From: a virus
IMG/VR virus record: IMGVR_UViG_3300023184_000037
Span: 1 to 64,000 of that record
Reading direction: 5' to 3' (one strand)
DNA length: 64,000 nt
This document shows, piece by piece, positions 47,366 through 57,731 of the stretch. Position numbers and translations under genes: made by a program. Every line of letters starts with the position of its first letter. Position 1 is the stretch's first letter. The notes below the pieces were generated by a model that saw only the letters and a program-made list of their open reading frames with translations, did no database searches and had not been told where the DNA came from.

Positions 47366-49312
47366 ATGGCAACACCATTAATAAGAATACCCCAAGAACA
47401 GGGAGGTACATTGTATGCATTTTCAAGTGCTGCTCGAGATTTAACAAGGGCTTACTATAATCCCGATATAAATTTTGAGTACTCTAAATTTGCATTGATA
47501 GATATCCCAGTGGTATCAGCACCTTCTCCGGGTAGCGGAGAAAACTTTATACAATTTGACAATTTATATGAAGGTGGATCCCTTCCTCCTGGTGGACAAG
47601 CGCCATCATATACTCCTGATGGAAATGCAAATGTTGATTTTGCACAGACTCTACAGAACTATGCACTTAATTTTGAGAATTTTGTACTAACTGACGACGA
47701 TTTTGATAATGCAATCTATTCTACAGATGCAGAAAAAATATTGTTTAAATGGTTACATCATTTAGGAGCTTTTGAGGTTAAAGCCGCAAATTCTCAACAA
47801 GTTGTTAGTGGATATTCTAGAGCTATTGAAAATGAAGAGACTACCGACACTGGTAATAATTATTCTAGAGTTGTAAAATATGTTGGAAATATCGACGTTT
47901 CAAATGATAAAAATTATCAAGGAAACACTTACAATGAAATATTTGTAAATGTTCCATCTTCAGTAGGTTATACTCCTGAGATATTATTTAAGTCTACTCC
48001 TTATAATACAACTGCAACTGCGTACCAACCTGATAGTGAAATTAATGGAAGAAGCGGACAAACGCATCCTGATGCTTTTTTAGATTTATATTCTTTAGCA
48101 GATCAGGACAACGGTAAGATTAATTTAGACCCAGTAAACTTATATAACTATGGTATTGAATGGAATACTTCAGTATATGCTAAAATTGCAAACGATCCAC
48201 AGGTTCATAACTTTTTAGATTATTCTAAAAGAGGAGGAGACTTTAGATTTAACGCAATACTAGTTTATTATGACCTATATTCAAAATCAAATATTGCCAA
48301 TAAGTCTACTAATCTTTATGGTATATTAATATTAGATAACTTCAAGGACGATCCAATTAATAATGGATGGTATATACCTGAACTGACTAAATATAAACCA
48401 AATGACGTTACTGGACTTAATGGTAATGCATTTGCCCTTAAATTAAATGTAAAATTTAACTCTTCTCTGGATAATGTAGGTGTTGAACTAAATATTAACG
48501 ACTACTCTACATTTTCGATGGATATTTTCTTGGACACGACAACTGCCCTTGAAAATGCTGCTAAACTATTAGTTGATGCTGCAAATTCTTATGGTGCAAT
48601 TGCTGAAAGAGTAGCCTACTTAGAAAATTTAGTTGCATCTAGTACTTCAACTGATTATTCTACTAAGATTACAGCATTAGAAGCTGCTGTTGAAAGTGCA
48701 TCTTTAAATTATGCATCTTCAACTTCAATTCTGGATATGATTACTTCGGTAAATAAGAGGTTAAATCAAATGATTAGCGGGGTTATTCCTACCGAAATTC
48801 AATACAACACAAATGTACTTGGAGCTGGAGATGGAATAAAAATCGACAAGTCAAATCCTAGCATGATTAAAATAGTTAATGACAATAATGGTTATACATT
48901 AAATGCTGTTTTTAATTATGACTACATATCGGGAACTTCAGGTTCTCTAATTGCTCCAAGTAATTTATTTAACTTAAATCTTACTGCATCTACCGGCTTA
49001 ATTACTAGAATTAAACCATTTGAAAATCTAATTAGAATAAACACTAATACGGGTACAATGACCGGAGACTTGAATATATACTTAGATGACAGTATTAATA
49101 CTTGGAAAAATGGGCAAACTGTTAAGTTTTCTTTTAGAAATCAATTGCCAAATTTAGGAAGTTACAAAATAAATATATACACTGACAAAAATAACGGTTA
49201 CGTGTTAAAATCTTCTATACTTAGCGGTGATTTATTAAGCCAAAAACCTTACTTTGAATTAATATGTATAGATGAAATAAACAAGACATTTGAACTTGAA
49301 ATAATAAGATAA
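47366..49312 (+). CDS. virion structural protein
   Basis: 648 aa in the structural cluster; central coiled coil. Confidence 0.55.
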   Translation: MATPLIRIPQEQGGTLYAFSSAARDLTRAYYNPDINFEYSKFALIDIPVVSAPSPGSGENFIQFDNLYEGGSLPPGGQAPSYTPDGNANVDFAQTLQNYALNFENFVLTDDDFDNAIYSTDAEKILFKWLHHLGAFEVKAANSQQVVSGYSRAIENEETTDTGNNYSRVVKYVGNIDVSNDKNYQGNTYNEIFVNVPSSVGYTPEILFKSTPYNTTATAYQPDSEINGRSGQTHPDAFLDLYSLADQDNGKINLDPVNLYNYGIEWNTSVYAKIANDPQVHNFLDYSKRGGDFRFNAILVYYDLYSKSNIANKSTNLYGILILDNFKDDPINNGWYIPELTKYKPNDVTGLNGNAFALKLNVKFNSSLDNVGVELNINDYSTFSMDIFLDTTTALENAAKLLVDAANSYGAIAERVAYLENLVASSTSTDYSTKITALEAAVESASLNYASSTSILDMITSVNKRLNQMISGVIPTEIQYNTNVLGAGDGIKIDKSNPSMIKIVNDNNGYTLNAVFNYDYISGTSGSLIAPSNLFNLNLTASTGLITRIKPFENLIRINTNTGTMTGDLNIYLDDSINTWKNGQTVKFSFRNQLPNLGSYKINIYTDKNNGYVLKSSILSGDLLSQKPYFELICIDEINKTFELEIIR

Positions 49313-49313
49313 T

Positions 49314-52300
49314 ATGAGCGCTAGCAATTCAATATCACATTTACTTGAACAGTTTCTTGAGTTAAACACTAACTCATTAGAAACTTTTAAAAGAATTAAT
49401 GAAGCTATAACTACTGACAAGGAAACTGTCAGTATTGACCTTTTTAATAGTAAGACTAATAAGATGGAAACTATTCAAATACCTGCTTTTGGGTACTTGA
49501 AGAGAGAAATTGATCGTTTGAATGGCAACATAAGTTCTATTAGTGGGCTTGAAGGTTCTAATGCAAATGTAAGATTAAAGGACGGTACTTTTAGAACTAT
49601 CCATACTTCAAGATTAAAAGGACCATCTCCTTCTATTACAACTCTTGCATCTCCTACCCAGTTTTCAACTAAGTTAAATGATTTCTTTGAAAACTTTTTA
49701 AATCCCCTACTTACAATTAATTTAGATGTAAGTGGACAAATTCCTGTAGAAACTGAAAAGGTATATGTTGAACGTTACATATTTAATGAAAATGACCTAG
49801 CGTCAGTTACTGCTTTTGATGAACTTTATAGAGGTGGTAGTGAAATTGTATATGCTGATTTTAAAAATCAATTAACAGTTAATAACTTTGTTCACTATTT
49901 AGATTCTCAAGTTATTGATATGCCAATTAGAAAAATTCAATACACTGGATTTTTTGATGTGGTTAAAATTGACAATGCACAAAAAACTGTTGCTATTGAC
50001 GGAACAACTCAAACTAAAACCGTTAAATTATTTACGCTTAACAAGTTAACTTTTACTGATTCAACTAAAGCCCTAAAAGATACTGAAACCCTAAAAACTG
50101 GAGATTCTCTTATTGTAAACTCTGGTAGTTATAGAACAAGATACCAAATCCTTTCTATAGATGGTTCTACTTCTCAAGTTGAACTACTATTACTTGAAGG
50201 TTCGGAACCTATTAAACTTGGAGTTGACCAACTTGGAATTTACAAATCAGTAGATACTGATTTGAATATTGAAATCAATGTTGCATTTAACGAAAGACAG
50301 GTTATTTTTGTTAAACCAATCGATCCTATTTCTAAAATACCTGCTGAGAATTTTTCACCAGGGGTTGGATTCTATTCTAATAGTTTAGAAATGAACGACG
50401 AGGCTGGTAATAAAATGACCCTAGCCGAATATTATAAAAATGAAGTTGCAGATTTTGGACAATTCCTTAAATCGCTAAAGGTAGATTACATTCCACCTGC
50501 AGCATCTGGAATTAAGCCAACACCTCCAGTTATTAATGTTGAAAACTTTAAAGTTGTTCAAATTAATAAGCACTTAACAGACAATACGACAACCGATAAA
50601 ATTAAACAATTAAAGTCTGATAAATCATCGACAGAGCAATCATTAAAACAACTTGACGAATCGATTAAACAGAAAAAATCTTTAATTAATACTAAGAAGT
50701 TTGCCTCTCAAGCGGAGAGCGATACTCATAAAAATGAATTAAGTTCACTTGTTTCTCAAAGAGAATCTGAGTCAAAACTTTTCTCATCTGTTGTTAGCGA
50801 AATTAAATCTTCAGCGGAATCTGCAGATTTACAAACAGCCGCTCCAAAATATAAAGTTAGAGGATTCTGGTCAGTTCCAGAGCCGAAAACAGTTGGAAAT
50901 CAAGTATCGCAAGAAGTCGTACAATTTAAAATTAGATATCGTTACGTTTCTACTTCAGGGAAAACTTCAAATGTTGACCAATTAAAATTTGTCGATGCAA
51001 CAAACCAAACTGAGAAAACAGCTGCTTTTTCAAATTGGGTAGAAGTTCTTGGACCTGTTAGAAAGAGAGCAATGAATGCCAAAGGAAAATATGGTTGGAT
51101 TCTTGAGAGCGAAGAGGATGCTAATGCAGTAAACTTTAACTCTTTCGATATATCAATTAACCCAGGAGAGGTTGTTGAATTTATGATTAAGTCAATTTCA
51201 GAAGCTGGATTCCCTGCGAATCCTATAGAATCTGACTGGTCTCCAATTCAAAAAATAGAATTTCCACAAGGTCAGATTAATACCGACAGTTTAGGAAATG
51301 TTATTAAAGCAAATGAACTTGACCTATTAAAAGTACAAATCCAACAGGACTTAGAATCTGCAGGTGTATTTAAACACGTTGGAGAATCTTTTACAGTTGG
51401 AAGTCAAACTTTTGCGCATAGTGCTAACACAATATCTTCTGGATTTATTACTGATAACCAGGCTCCGATCACTGTTTATGAAAAGTTATTAGCTCTTCAA
51501 AACGAGATTCTAAGCTTAAGAGCCTTTATTGAAAAAACTTCTGGAGAATTACTTGTAAGAATTATTGATGAAAACGGAAACGTTACACCAGTAACAAACC
51601 ATTCAACTGTACAGTTGTTTGCGGGTTATTATAGTCAAGAAATTCCTGCAGTTAATGGAAAAGGTGCAATTGTAACTAAAAACTTTAAAATTGAACTATC
51701 AAACACTAAAGCGACAGACCTTGAGTTAATATCAAGAATTGTAGGAGATACTACGCAACCTGCTGCAGTTTCTTCAATGAATACGCGATTTGGATTATAC
51801 AAACCGCCAACTGCTTCAGTTCCAAATCCAGTAGATCCGGTTTATGGAAGTGATACATACTACACTATAGAAGGTAAATATGATTTAGTTCCAGTTGTTT
51901 ATCAAAATATTAGTAATGTGAATGAAGACTATATTAATAGCGGACCAGATCAGTCTTCTCAGTTAAAGGGACAATTTATCTACTCTAGATTTAGAAATAT
52001 TGCAAATGACGATAATTTATATGTAATTAATGAAGGTGTTGATGGAGACGGTGATATTAATACTGCACTACCTAGTACCGACGCTGGTATAAATACCGCT
52101 TATGATAAATATGAGTATGGAATTTCGTACAATCTTACTGGTATTCCTCCTGCTGACCCAGTAACTGGATTTAAAAACTTTGCAAGTGCTGTTGAAGTAC
52201 CATTTACAACTACAACAACTAGTCCAAATGATTTTGTTTGGGCTGGAAGTTATACAGGAGGAACGATAACAGCGCCTAGTGGTGCTCCTAAGAAAGTTGC

Positions 52301-53039
52301 AATTGGAATATCTGGAGTAACTTATTCTCAGTATTCTAATGGTATTTATTTACACGTTGACCATCCTCTTCTACAGAGTTTTAATACTCTTAAGAATATT
52401 GTAAGTGATGGAATGGTTGGAATGCCTAAAACTGCCCCTTTAAGAGCAACTGATGCGCATGGTAAAAAACAAACTCCATTTAGAATAATTGAAAGTATAA
52501 GTACTAATACACCTACTCCAAATACTCTAGGTTTAAGAGGAACTGCTAAGGCTGGATTCTCACCAGAAGACCAATACTTATTAGGTGGTCGATCATGCGG
52601 ATCTTTCCTTTATATTTCTCCACTAAATACTAATTCGTTAGTAGTAGATGCTTCTAATAAAAGTGGTAAAAAAATGATTCCTGGAGGAAGTGCTAATGCT
52701 ATAACAGTAGATTTGGTTTTCCAATATCGTATGACTGATTATTATGGACCTAAAGCTTCCGGAACCGGTAGAATTGGAGGAGTATTAGACAACACATTCA
52801 CAAATTTAAGTTATGCTAAAAAAATCGGAATAGATATTATCGATTTTGGAGGTAATGATTTTAAATTTGATGTAGAAGTTACTGCTAAATACGCTGCTGA
52901 AGGTAGAAATATTAACAATGTGACTAGTACAATGTTAACTAGATACAGAACAAACTGGCAACCAGGAAGAGGAAGACGTAGATTTTTATCTGATAATTTC
53001 ATGAATCTTTCATTTCCAGATATTAATCAGTACTACTAA
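49314..53039 (+). CDS. large virion structural protein
   Basis: 1241 aa; coiled coil plus FN3-like beta segments. Confidence 0.55.
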   Translation: MSASNSISHLLEQFLELNTNSLETFKRINEAITTDKETVSIDLFNSKTNKMETIQIPAFGYLKREIDRLNGNISSISGLEGSNANVRLKDGTFRTIHTSRLKGPSPSITTLASPTQFSTKLNDFFENFLNPLLTINLDVSGQIPVETEKVYVERYIFNENDLASVTAFDELYRGGSEIVYADFKNQLTVNNFVHYLDSQVIDMPIRKIQYTGFFDVVKIDNAQKTVAIDGTTQTKTVKLFTLNKLTFTDSTKALKDTETLKTGDSLIVNSGSYRTRYQILSIDGSTSQVELLLLEGSEPIKLGVDQLGIYKSVDTDLNIEINVAFNERQVIFVKPIDPISKIPAENFSPGVGFYSNSLEMNDEAGNKMTLAEYYKNEVADFGQFLKSLKVDYIPPAASGIKPTPPVINVENFKVVQINKHLTDNTTTDKIKQLKSDKSSTEQSLKQLDESIKQKKSLINTKKFASQAESDTHKNELSSLVSQRESESKLFSSVVSEIKSSAESADLQTAAPKYKVRGFWSVPEPKTVGNQVSQEVVQFKIRYRYVSTSGKTSNVDQLKFVDATNQTEKTAAFSNWVEVLGPVRKRAMNAKGKYGWILESEEDANAVNFNSFDISINPGEVVEFMIKSISEAGFPANPIESDWSPIQKIEFPQGQINTDSLGNVIKANELDLLKVQIQQDLESAGVFKHVGESFTVGSQTFAHSANTISSGFITDNQAPITVYEKLLALQNEILSLRAFIEKTSGELLVRIIDENGNVTPVTNHSTVQLFAGYYSQEIPAVNGKGAIVTKNFKIELSNTKATDLELISRIVGDTTQPAAVSSMNTRFGLYKPPTASVPNPVDPVYGSDTYYTIEGKYDLVPVVYQNISNVNEDYINSGPDQSSQLKGQFIYSRFRNIANDDNLYVINEGVDGDGDINTALPSTDAGINTAYDKYEYGISYNLTGIPPADPVTGFKNFASAVEVPFTTTTTSPNDFVWAGSYTGGTITAPSGAPKKVAIGISGVTYSQYSNGIYLHVDHPLLQSFNTLKNIVSDGMVGMPKTAPLRATDAHGKKQTPFRIIESISTNTPTPNTLGLRGTAKAGFSPEDQYLLGGRSCGSFLYISPLNTNSLVVDASNKSGKKMIPGGSANAITVDLVFQYRMTDYYGPKASGTGRIGGVLDNTFTNLSYAKKIGIDIIDFGGNDFKFDVEVTAKYAAEGRNINNVTSTMLTRYRTNWQPGRGRRRFLSDNFMNLSFPDINQYY

Positions 53040-53105
53040 GAACTCTACCTCTTATATTGTTCCATAATCTGGGATATATAATATAAATAAAAAGAGGTGT
53101 CCTAA

Positions 53106-56100
53106 ATGGCTACAATTAATACTAGCGCTGTAAACAATTCAATAGATAATAAATCTTTTGCACTATTAAGAACAAACCCAAAGTTAACAAGTAATTCAAA
53201 GTTACTTGTTAACTCAAATGGTGACTTATTCTTAAGTTCTTTTAGAGCAAATAAAGAACTTTCTAAAGTTGAGTATCAAAAATATGAGATTAAATCTTCA
53301 GGGATTTATTCGATTGACATTGCTAATTTTTATAAAAAGTTACCATTAACTCAAAGATACGAAACACTTAGAGCTTCTTCGGATACTACTCTATATTCTG
53401 ATTATGAATTTCAATATGAGGATCAGTATCAATACGGCGCAATTCAAAACACTACTAAACTATATGACGAGCAGTACAAGATATTTGCTCCAATTTGGCT
53501 TGAAAAACAAGTACCTACTAAATTCGTAATTTATAGAATTGAGGATGCTGATTATAAGAATGACTATACGGAAGATACCGTCGGACAAAATTCTAGAATT
53601 TTAGAGCTTCTTAAAAATGCAACAATTATTAAAACATTTGACTTAGGAAAGTCTTCAAAAATTGGAGAGTACTTAAATACTCACATTAATGATAAACGAT
53701 TTCCAAATGCAATGCTTACCATAAATTTTAAGGAGAGCTCTCAATCTACGTTTAACGGTATTGATATTGTCAATGGTGGTTTTGCTACTAAAACCGAACA
53801 ATTAGACAGAGATTATATTCAAGTCGACTATCCTGAAATTTTTAACAATCAAACTATTACAAATGGTTTTGAAAGAAATGGAATAGTTTCGGCTAATATA
53901 ATTAATTTAGAATTCCTATTTGATGATTATACTGCAGAAAACTATAAAATCTACAGGTACTTTGGTATTTATGCAGATGATATTGATGAAGGAAACTTTG
54001 GAGCGTCTGGATTGGATAAATATGGAAACTTAACCGTTAAGTATGATACTTATAAAACATTTTATGATTTATCTCAATTTCCAATACTTGATATTGATAT
54101 GTTTCCTGGAAGTAATCAATTTCAAATTCCTACTCTACAGTATGTTAAAGATCGATCAGGTACCTTTTATAATATAAAAGATTCATCAACTATATTAATT
54201 CATCCTGAAAATGTCGGGCTTTCTATACCTGCAGTGTGGTCTTATAAACTCTTAATCTCAAAAAATGGTAAGGAAGAGGATTCTTTTATTGGATTTGCTA
54301 AAAATGGTAAAAAAATTACGGCAGATTTAAAGAAACCAAGTCCTAAAGGATTTCTTAAAGTTACGGTAAAAGATGTTCCAAGTCCTAATGATAGAATATT
54401 TATTGGAGATAGAACAGAACTTGAAATTTCACAATACAATCTAGGAGACTATTTAGTTATTGCGGATCCAACTCTTCCTGTTGCTAGAGCCAATGGAAAT
54501 AGGTTCTCAACGCAGGGAAGTCTTCAACAAATAGCAATTGCTCTTGCAGCTGCAATTAACAATGGAGAAATCATAACTTATAAAACAAAGGTTGTTGATA
54601 CTTCTATAATTATAGAAGAGATAGTTGCCGGAAATAAGAGAAGACAAACTGCTTTTGGAATTTATACGCTTAACTTGGTTGATTGGATAGAAGTTAACAA
54701 TGGCGAATATAATGATATTGGATTAAATGCATATATTCCTAATGATTGGAATATATGGACTACAATTGCCGGATCTTCAGAAGGTCAGGCTGTTCTTGTT
54801 AAATCTTCTGAAATTGGAAACGTCCAAGTTGGAGAATATTTAAGACAAAAAGATTCTAATACATTTGTTAGAATTATAGAGATTGACCAAGACCCGTTTG
54901 AAACTGATTACTACAGAGTTATTATAGATAAGTCTACAAAACTTTCAAATGACAGAGTATATGAAGTCTATGATGAATATAAAACAGTGCATGGCCGTTT
55001 TGCTGCATATGATTTTAAAGATTTTGATTTTGATTTTTACTCAACTAGAAACTCAGAGCTAGGAGATTTAATTTATGATAAAATAAGAAATCCTGCGTAT
55101 ACTGGTGAAATTGGTGCTCCCCCTCATGGATTGGACCCATTTAACCCACAGGAGCTTGGGTTAGGACCTACTGTTGGACCACCAGTACCTGAATTTATTG
55201 ATGTGTCGGGACTGTCTACATTCTATGCCGGTCTTAGAGATATTCTTTCGGCTGAAACTTCAAAAACCGTTACAAAAACTGAACTTTTAAACGAATACGA
55301 TCGACTTAAAGAAAATACTCTTAAGGAAACTGCTCTTTTAAGTAGAGTGATTCCTACTATTTGCAAGTATGAACTTAAGAACGCTTCAAATGCTAGAAAC
55401 CTACCATATATTTTAAATGCAAATGAAGCATTTGGTGATGACAATTTATCTCCAAATATAGAATTAGATTCAAATAGAAATGTCGAATACTTAAATATGG
55501 AGCATTTCCATCTTAATACAATTCCAAATTGTGCTTTAGGTAGTAGAAAAGATTTTAATAATTATCTAGATTTTGCGGCAGACGTCGATCCAATTGATGG
55601 AAAAAGAGGATTAACAGTTAACAAATTAATAGATACCAATTTTAACTACTTTGATAAACATTTTAATTGGACTGGATATTTTGACCAATTAGCATTTATT
55701 AATGGTGCTTATGGTGGATGGTTTAATAATAAAACTAAAAAACTTTGGTCTAAATTTGATGCAGGTAATTTTGAGAAGAGTTCATCAACAGTGTTTAGAG
55801 GACTTCGATATGTTTTCCAAAAGCGAAAAGAAAGAGACAGTGAGGTGCCAACTGAATTTTTAAAAGGAATAGACATTAGTGATTATAAGTTTGGAGCATA
55901 TCTTTCTTATAATATTGTTTATGATCTGGACAACGGTGTTATTCCTTCAAATTCAATAGTATTTAACTGTGTTAAAAATGACAAGTTTAAATTCATATGT
56001 GTTAACATAGAATTAAATGTTATTGAAAATGCAGTAGAACCAATTGATATGAATAGGTATTTGTTATATACATTGAAGGACTTATTAAAACCAAACGGAG

Positions 56101-57728
56101 ATATTATAAATACTAGAATTCCGTTTCGTATTGATTTTGCAGCTGCATCTACATTAACTACCGGACAAGACGAGCCTTTTATTATTAATGCGCATGATTT
56201 TGCAATAAATGATGGAACTGCTAAATTTACAGAGTTTATTAAAAGAGATTCTTATGGAGAATATTCGTGGATCTTTTTTGATTTATTAGGAGATACCTGG
56301 GCATTTAAAGTGGTTGATGTTATTGATGACACTTCAATTTTAGTAAGTGGATGGGCATGGCAATTTGACTTAAATCCAGCACCTATTCCACCAGCAGCTT
56401 TTGCTCCACCTGCGCCATTGCCAAGTGGAAATAGATTAGACCCAGTACAACTTTCTTTAGTTATAAATACAGGTCCTTTTTATTATTCACAAGGAGGAGC
56501 CAATGAATTTGCAAATTTATTAGATTCAATCAGCGCTTATAAATATTCTAAAAGATTTAATTCTTTTGGGCAGGTAAACTACATTACAATTAATGAAGAT
56601 GGAACAAGGGTTGATAATGATTTTGTTCTTTCCGTGGAATCTGGTGTTGATGTTGTTAAACCTTCAGTTATTGAACCAAAGTCAGATCCTGATCGACCTA
56701 AAGCGTATAGATTATCTTCAAATCAAATTGGAAATATAATTCAAGATAGAGAAGATGGAGGATATGCGACAATTTTGAGACGAATGAATGGAGATTATAA
56801 CCCTATTTTTAATGATATTGTAACATTTTTTGATACTGATTCAGAGAAAAAAATAGTTCAACCGTCAGATACTGCATTAGTGACATATAATAAATTAAAT
56901 GGTCAGGGAATTGCTTTTGATTCTTTTAAAAATAATAGAACTGATTATGGTTTTATAAAAAACTATTTTTATCATAAAGTTAATGAGCAAGACTCTAAGA
57001 ATATATTAAAACTTTCTCAAACTTCTGATAAATTACCGTTATACCCATTGATCGGAGAGATTGCAATTGATAAAAAAGACATCAATGTTTTTAAATCTAA
57101 GTATTCGAATGATTATTTTACAAGAGCCCTAAGTGCTGGAGAATCTGAAACAACTAATGGAACCTTAAGTCCAGTAGAAAAGAAAACTTTCTTGAACTCA
57201 ACAATCATGAAGGTCAGAGATACGTATGACATAACTAAGTTTGATAGTACCCAGGAGGCTTCAATTGAAGCACTAGATAAAATAAGATTTGCACAGTCTA
57301 ATAAAACGGCTATACATTGGATTGATGAAGATTCTCAAGTTATTGCAGATTTTTATTTACCAACCGCAATCCTAAATGAATTGACTGAAGATGGAATTGA
57401 GCAAGAGTTTGGAAGATATGTTAACCCTTCTACTTCTTATGGGGACAAATCATCGATAAAAGATGACCTTCAAGTATATTCAAATGCAAATATATCTCCT
57501 CGTTTTATTATTGATGCGATTAAGTTATATGGAATTGAAGGTAAAAGTTTAGAAACTGGATTTGTCTCAGTTACTGAAACATCCCAGTTGACCGCTGGTA
57601 ATTACAGAGAGTTAACTAATTTTAACATTCAAAGTTATCAAAATGATGGTTTGAGTTTTAGACTAATATATAATAAACAGGGTAAATACTCATACAACTT
57701 TAAAGTACACGTTAAAATACAAGCATAA
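53106..57728 (+). CDS. very large virion structural protein
   Basis: 1540 aa, between baseplate and fibre genes. Confidence 0.55.
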   Translation: MATINTSAVNNSIDNKSFALLRTNPKLTSNSKLLVNSNGDLFLSSFRANKELSKVEYQKYEIKSSGIYSIDIANFYKKLPLTQRYETLRASSDTTLYSDYEFQYEDQYQYGAIQNTTKLYDEQYKIFAPIWLEKQVPTKFVIYRIEDADYKNDYTEDTVGQNSRILELLKNATIIKTFDLGKSSKIGEYLNTHINDKRFPNAMLTINFKESSQSTFNGIDIVNGGFATKTEQLDRDYIQVDYPEIFNNQTITNGFERNGIVSANIINLEFLFDDYTAENYKIYRYFGIYADDIDEGNFGASGLDKYGNLTVKYDTYKTFYDLSQFPILDIDMFPGSNQFQIPTLQYVKDRSGTFYNIKDSSTILIHPENVGLSIPAVWSYKLLISKNGKEEDSFIGFAKNGKKITADLKKPSPKGFLKVTVKDVPSPNDRIFIGDRTELEISQYNLGDYLVIADPTLPVARANGNRFSTQGSLQQIAIALAAAINNGEIITYKTKVVDTSIIIEEIVAGNKRRQTAFGIYTLNLVDWIEVNNGEYNDIGLNAYIPNDWNIWTTIAGSSEGQAVLVKSSEIGNVQVGEYLRQKDSNTFVRIIEIDQDPFETDYYRVIIDKSTKLSNDRVYEVYDEYKTVHGRFAAYDFKDFDFDFYSTRNSELGDLIYDKIRNPAYTGEIGAPPHGLDPFNPQELGLGPTVGPPVPEFIDVSGLSTFYAGLRDILSAETSKTVTKTELLNEYDRLKENTLKETALLSRVIPTICKYELKNASNARNLPYILNANEAFGDDNLSPNIELDSNRNVEYLNMEHFHLNTIPNCALGSRKDFNNYLDFAADVDPIDGKRGLTVNKLIDTNFNYFDKHFNWTGYFDQLAFINGAYGGWFNNKTKKLWSKFDAGNFEKSSSTVFRGLRYVFQKRKERDSEVPTEFLKGIDISDYKFGAYLSYNIVYDLDNGVIPSNSIVFNCVKNDKFKFICVNIELNVIENAVEPIDMNRYLLYTLKDLLKPNGDIINTRIPFRIDFAAASTLTTGQDEPFIINAHDFAINDGTAKFTEFIKRDSYGEYSWIFFDLLGDTWAFKVVDVIDDTSILVSGWAWQFDLNPAPIPPAAFAPPAPLPSGNRLDPVQLSLVINTGPFYYSQGGANEFANLLDSISAYKYSKRFNSFGQVNYITINEDGTRVDNDFVLSVESGVDVVKPSVIEPKSDPDRPKAYRLSSNQIGNIIQDREDGGYATILRRMNGDYNPIFNDIVTFFDTDSEKKIVQPSDTALVTYNKLNGQGIAFDSFKNNRTDYGFIKNYFYHKVNEQDSKNILKLSQTSDKLPLYPLIGEIAIDKKDINVFKSKYSNDYFTRALSAGESETTNGTLSPVEKKTFLNSTIMKVRDTYDITKFDSTQEASIEALDKIRFAQSNKTAIHWIDEDSQVIADFYLPTAILNELTEDGIEQEFGRYVNPSTSYGDKSSIKDDLQVYSNANISPRFIIDAIKLYGIEGKSLETGFVSVTETSQLTAGNYRELTNFNIQSYQNDGLSFRLIYNKQGKYSYNFKVHVKIQA

Positions 57729-57731
57729 TTA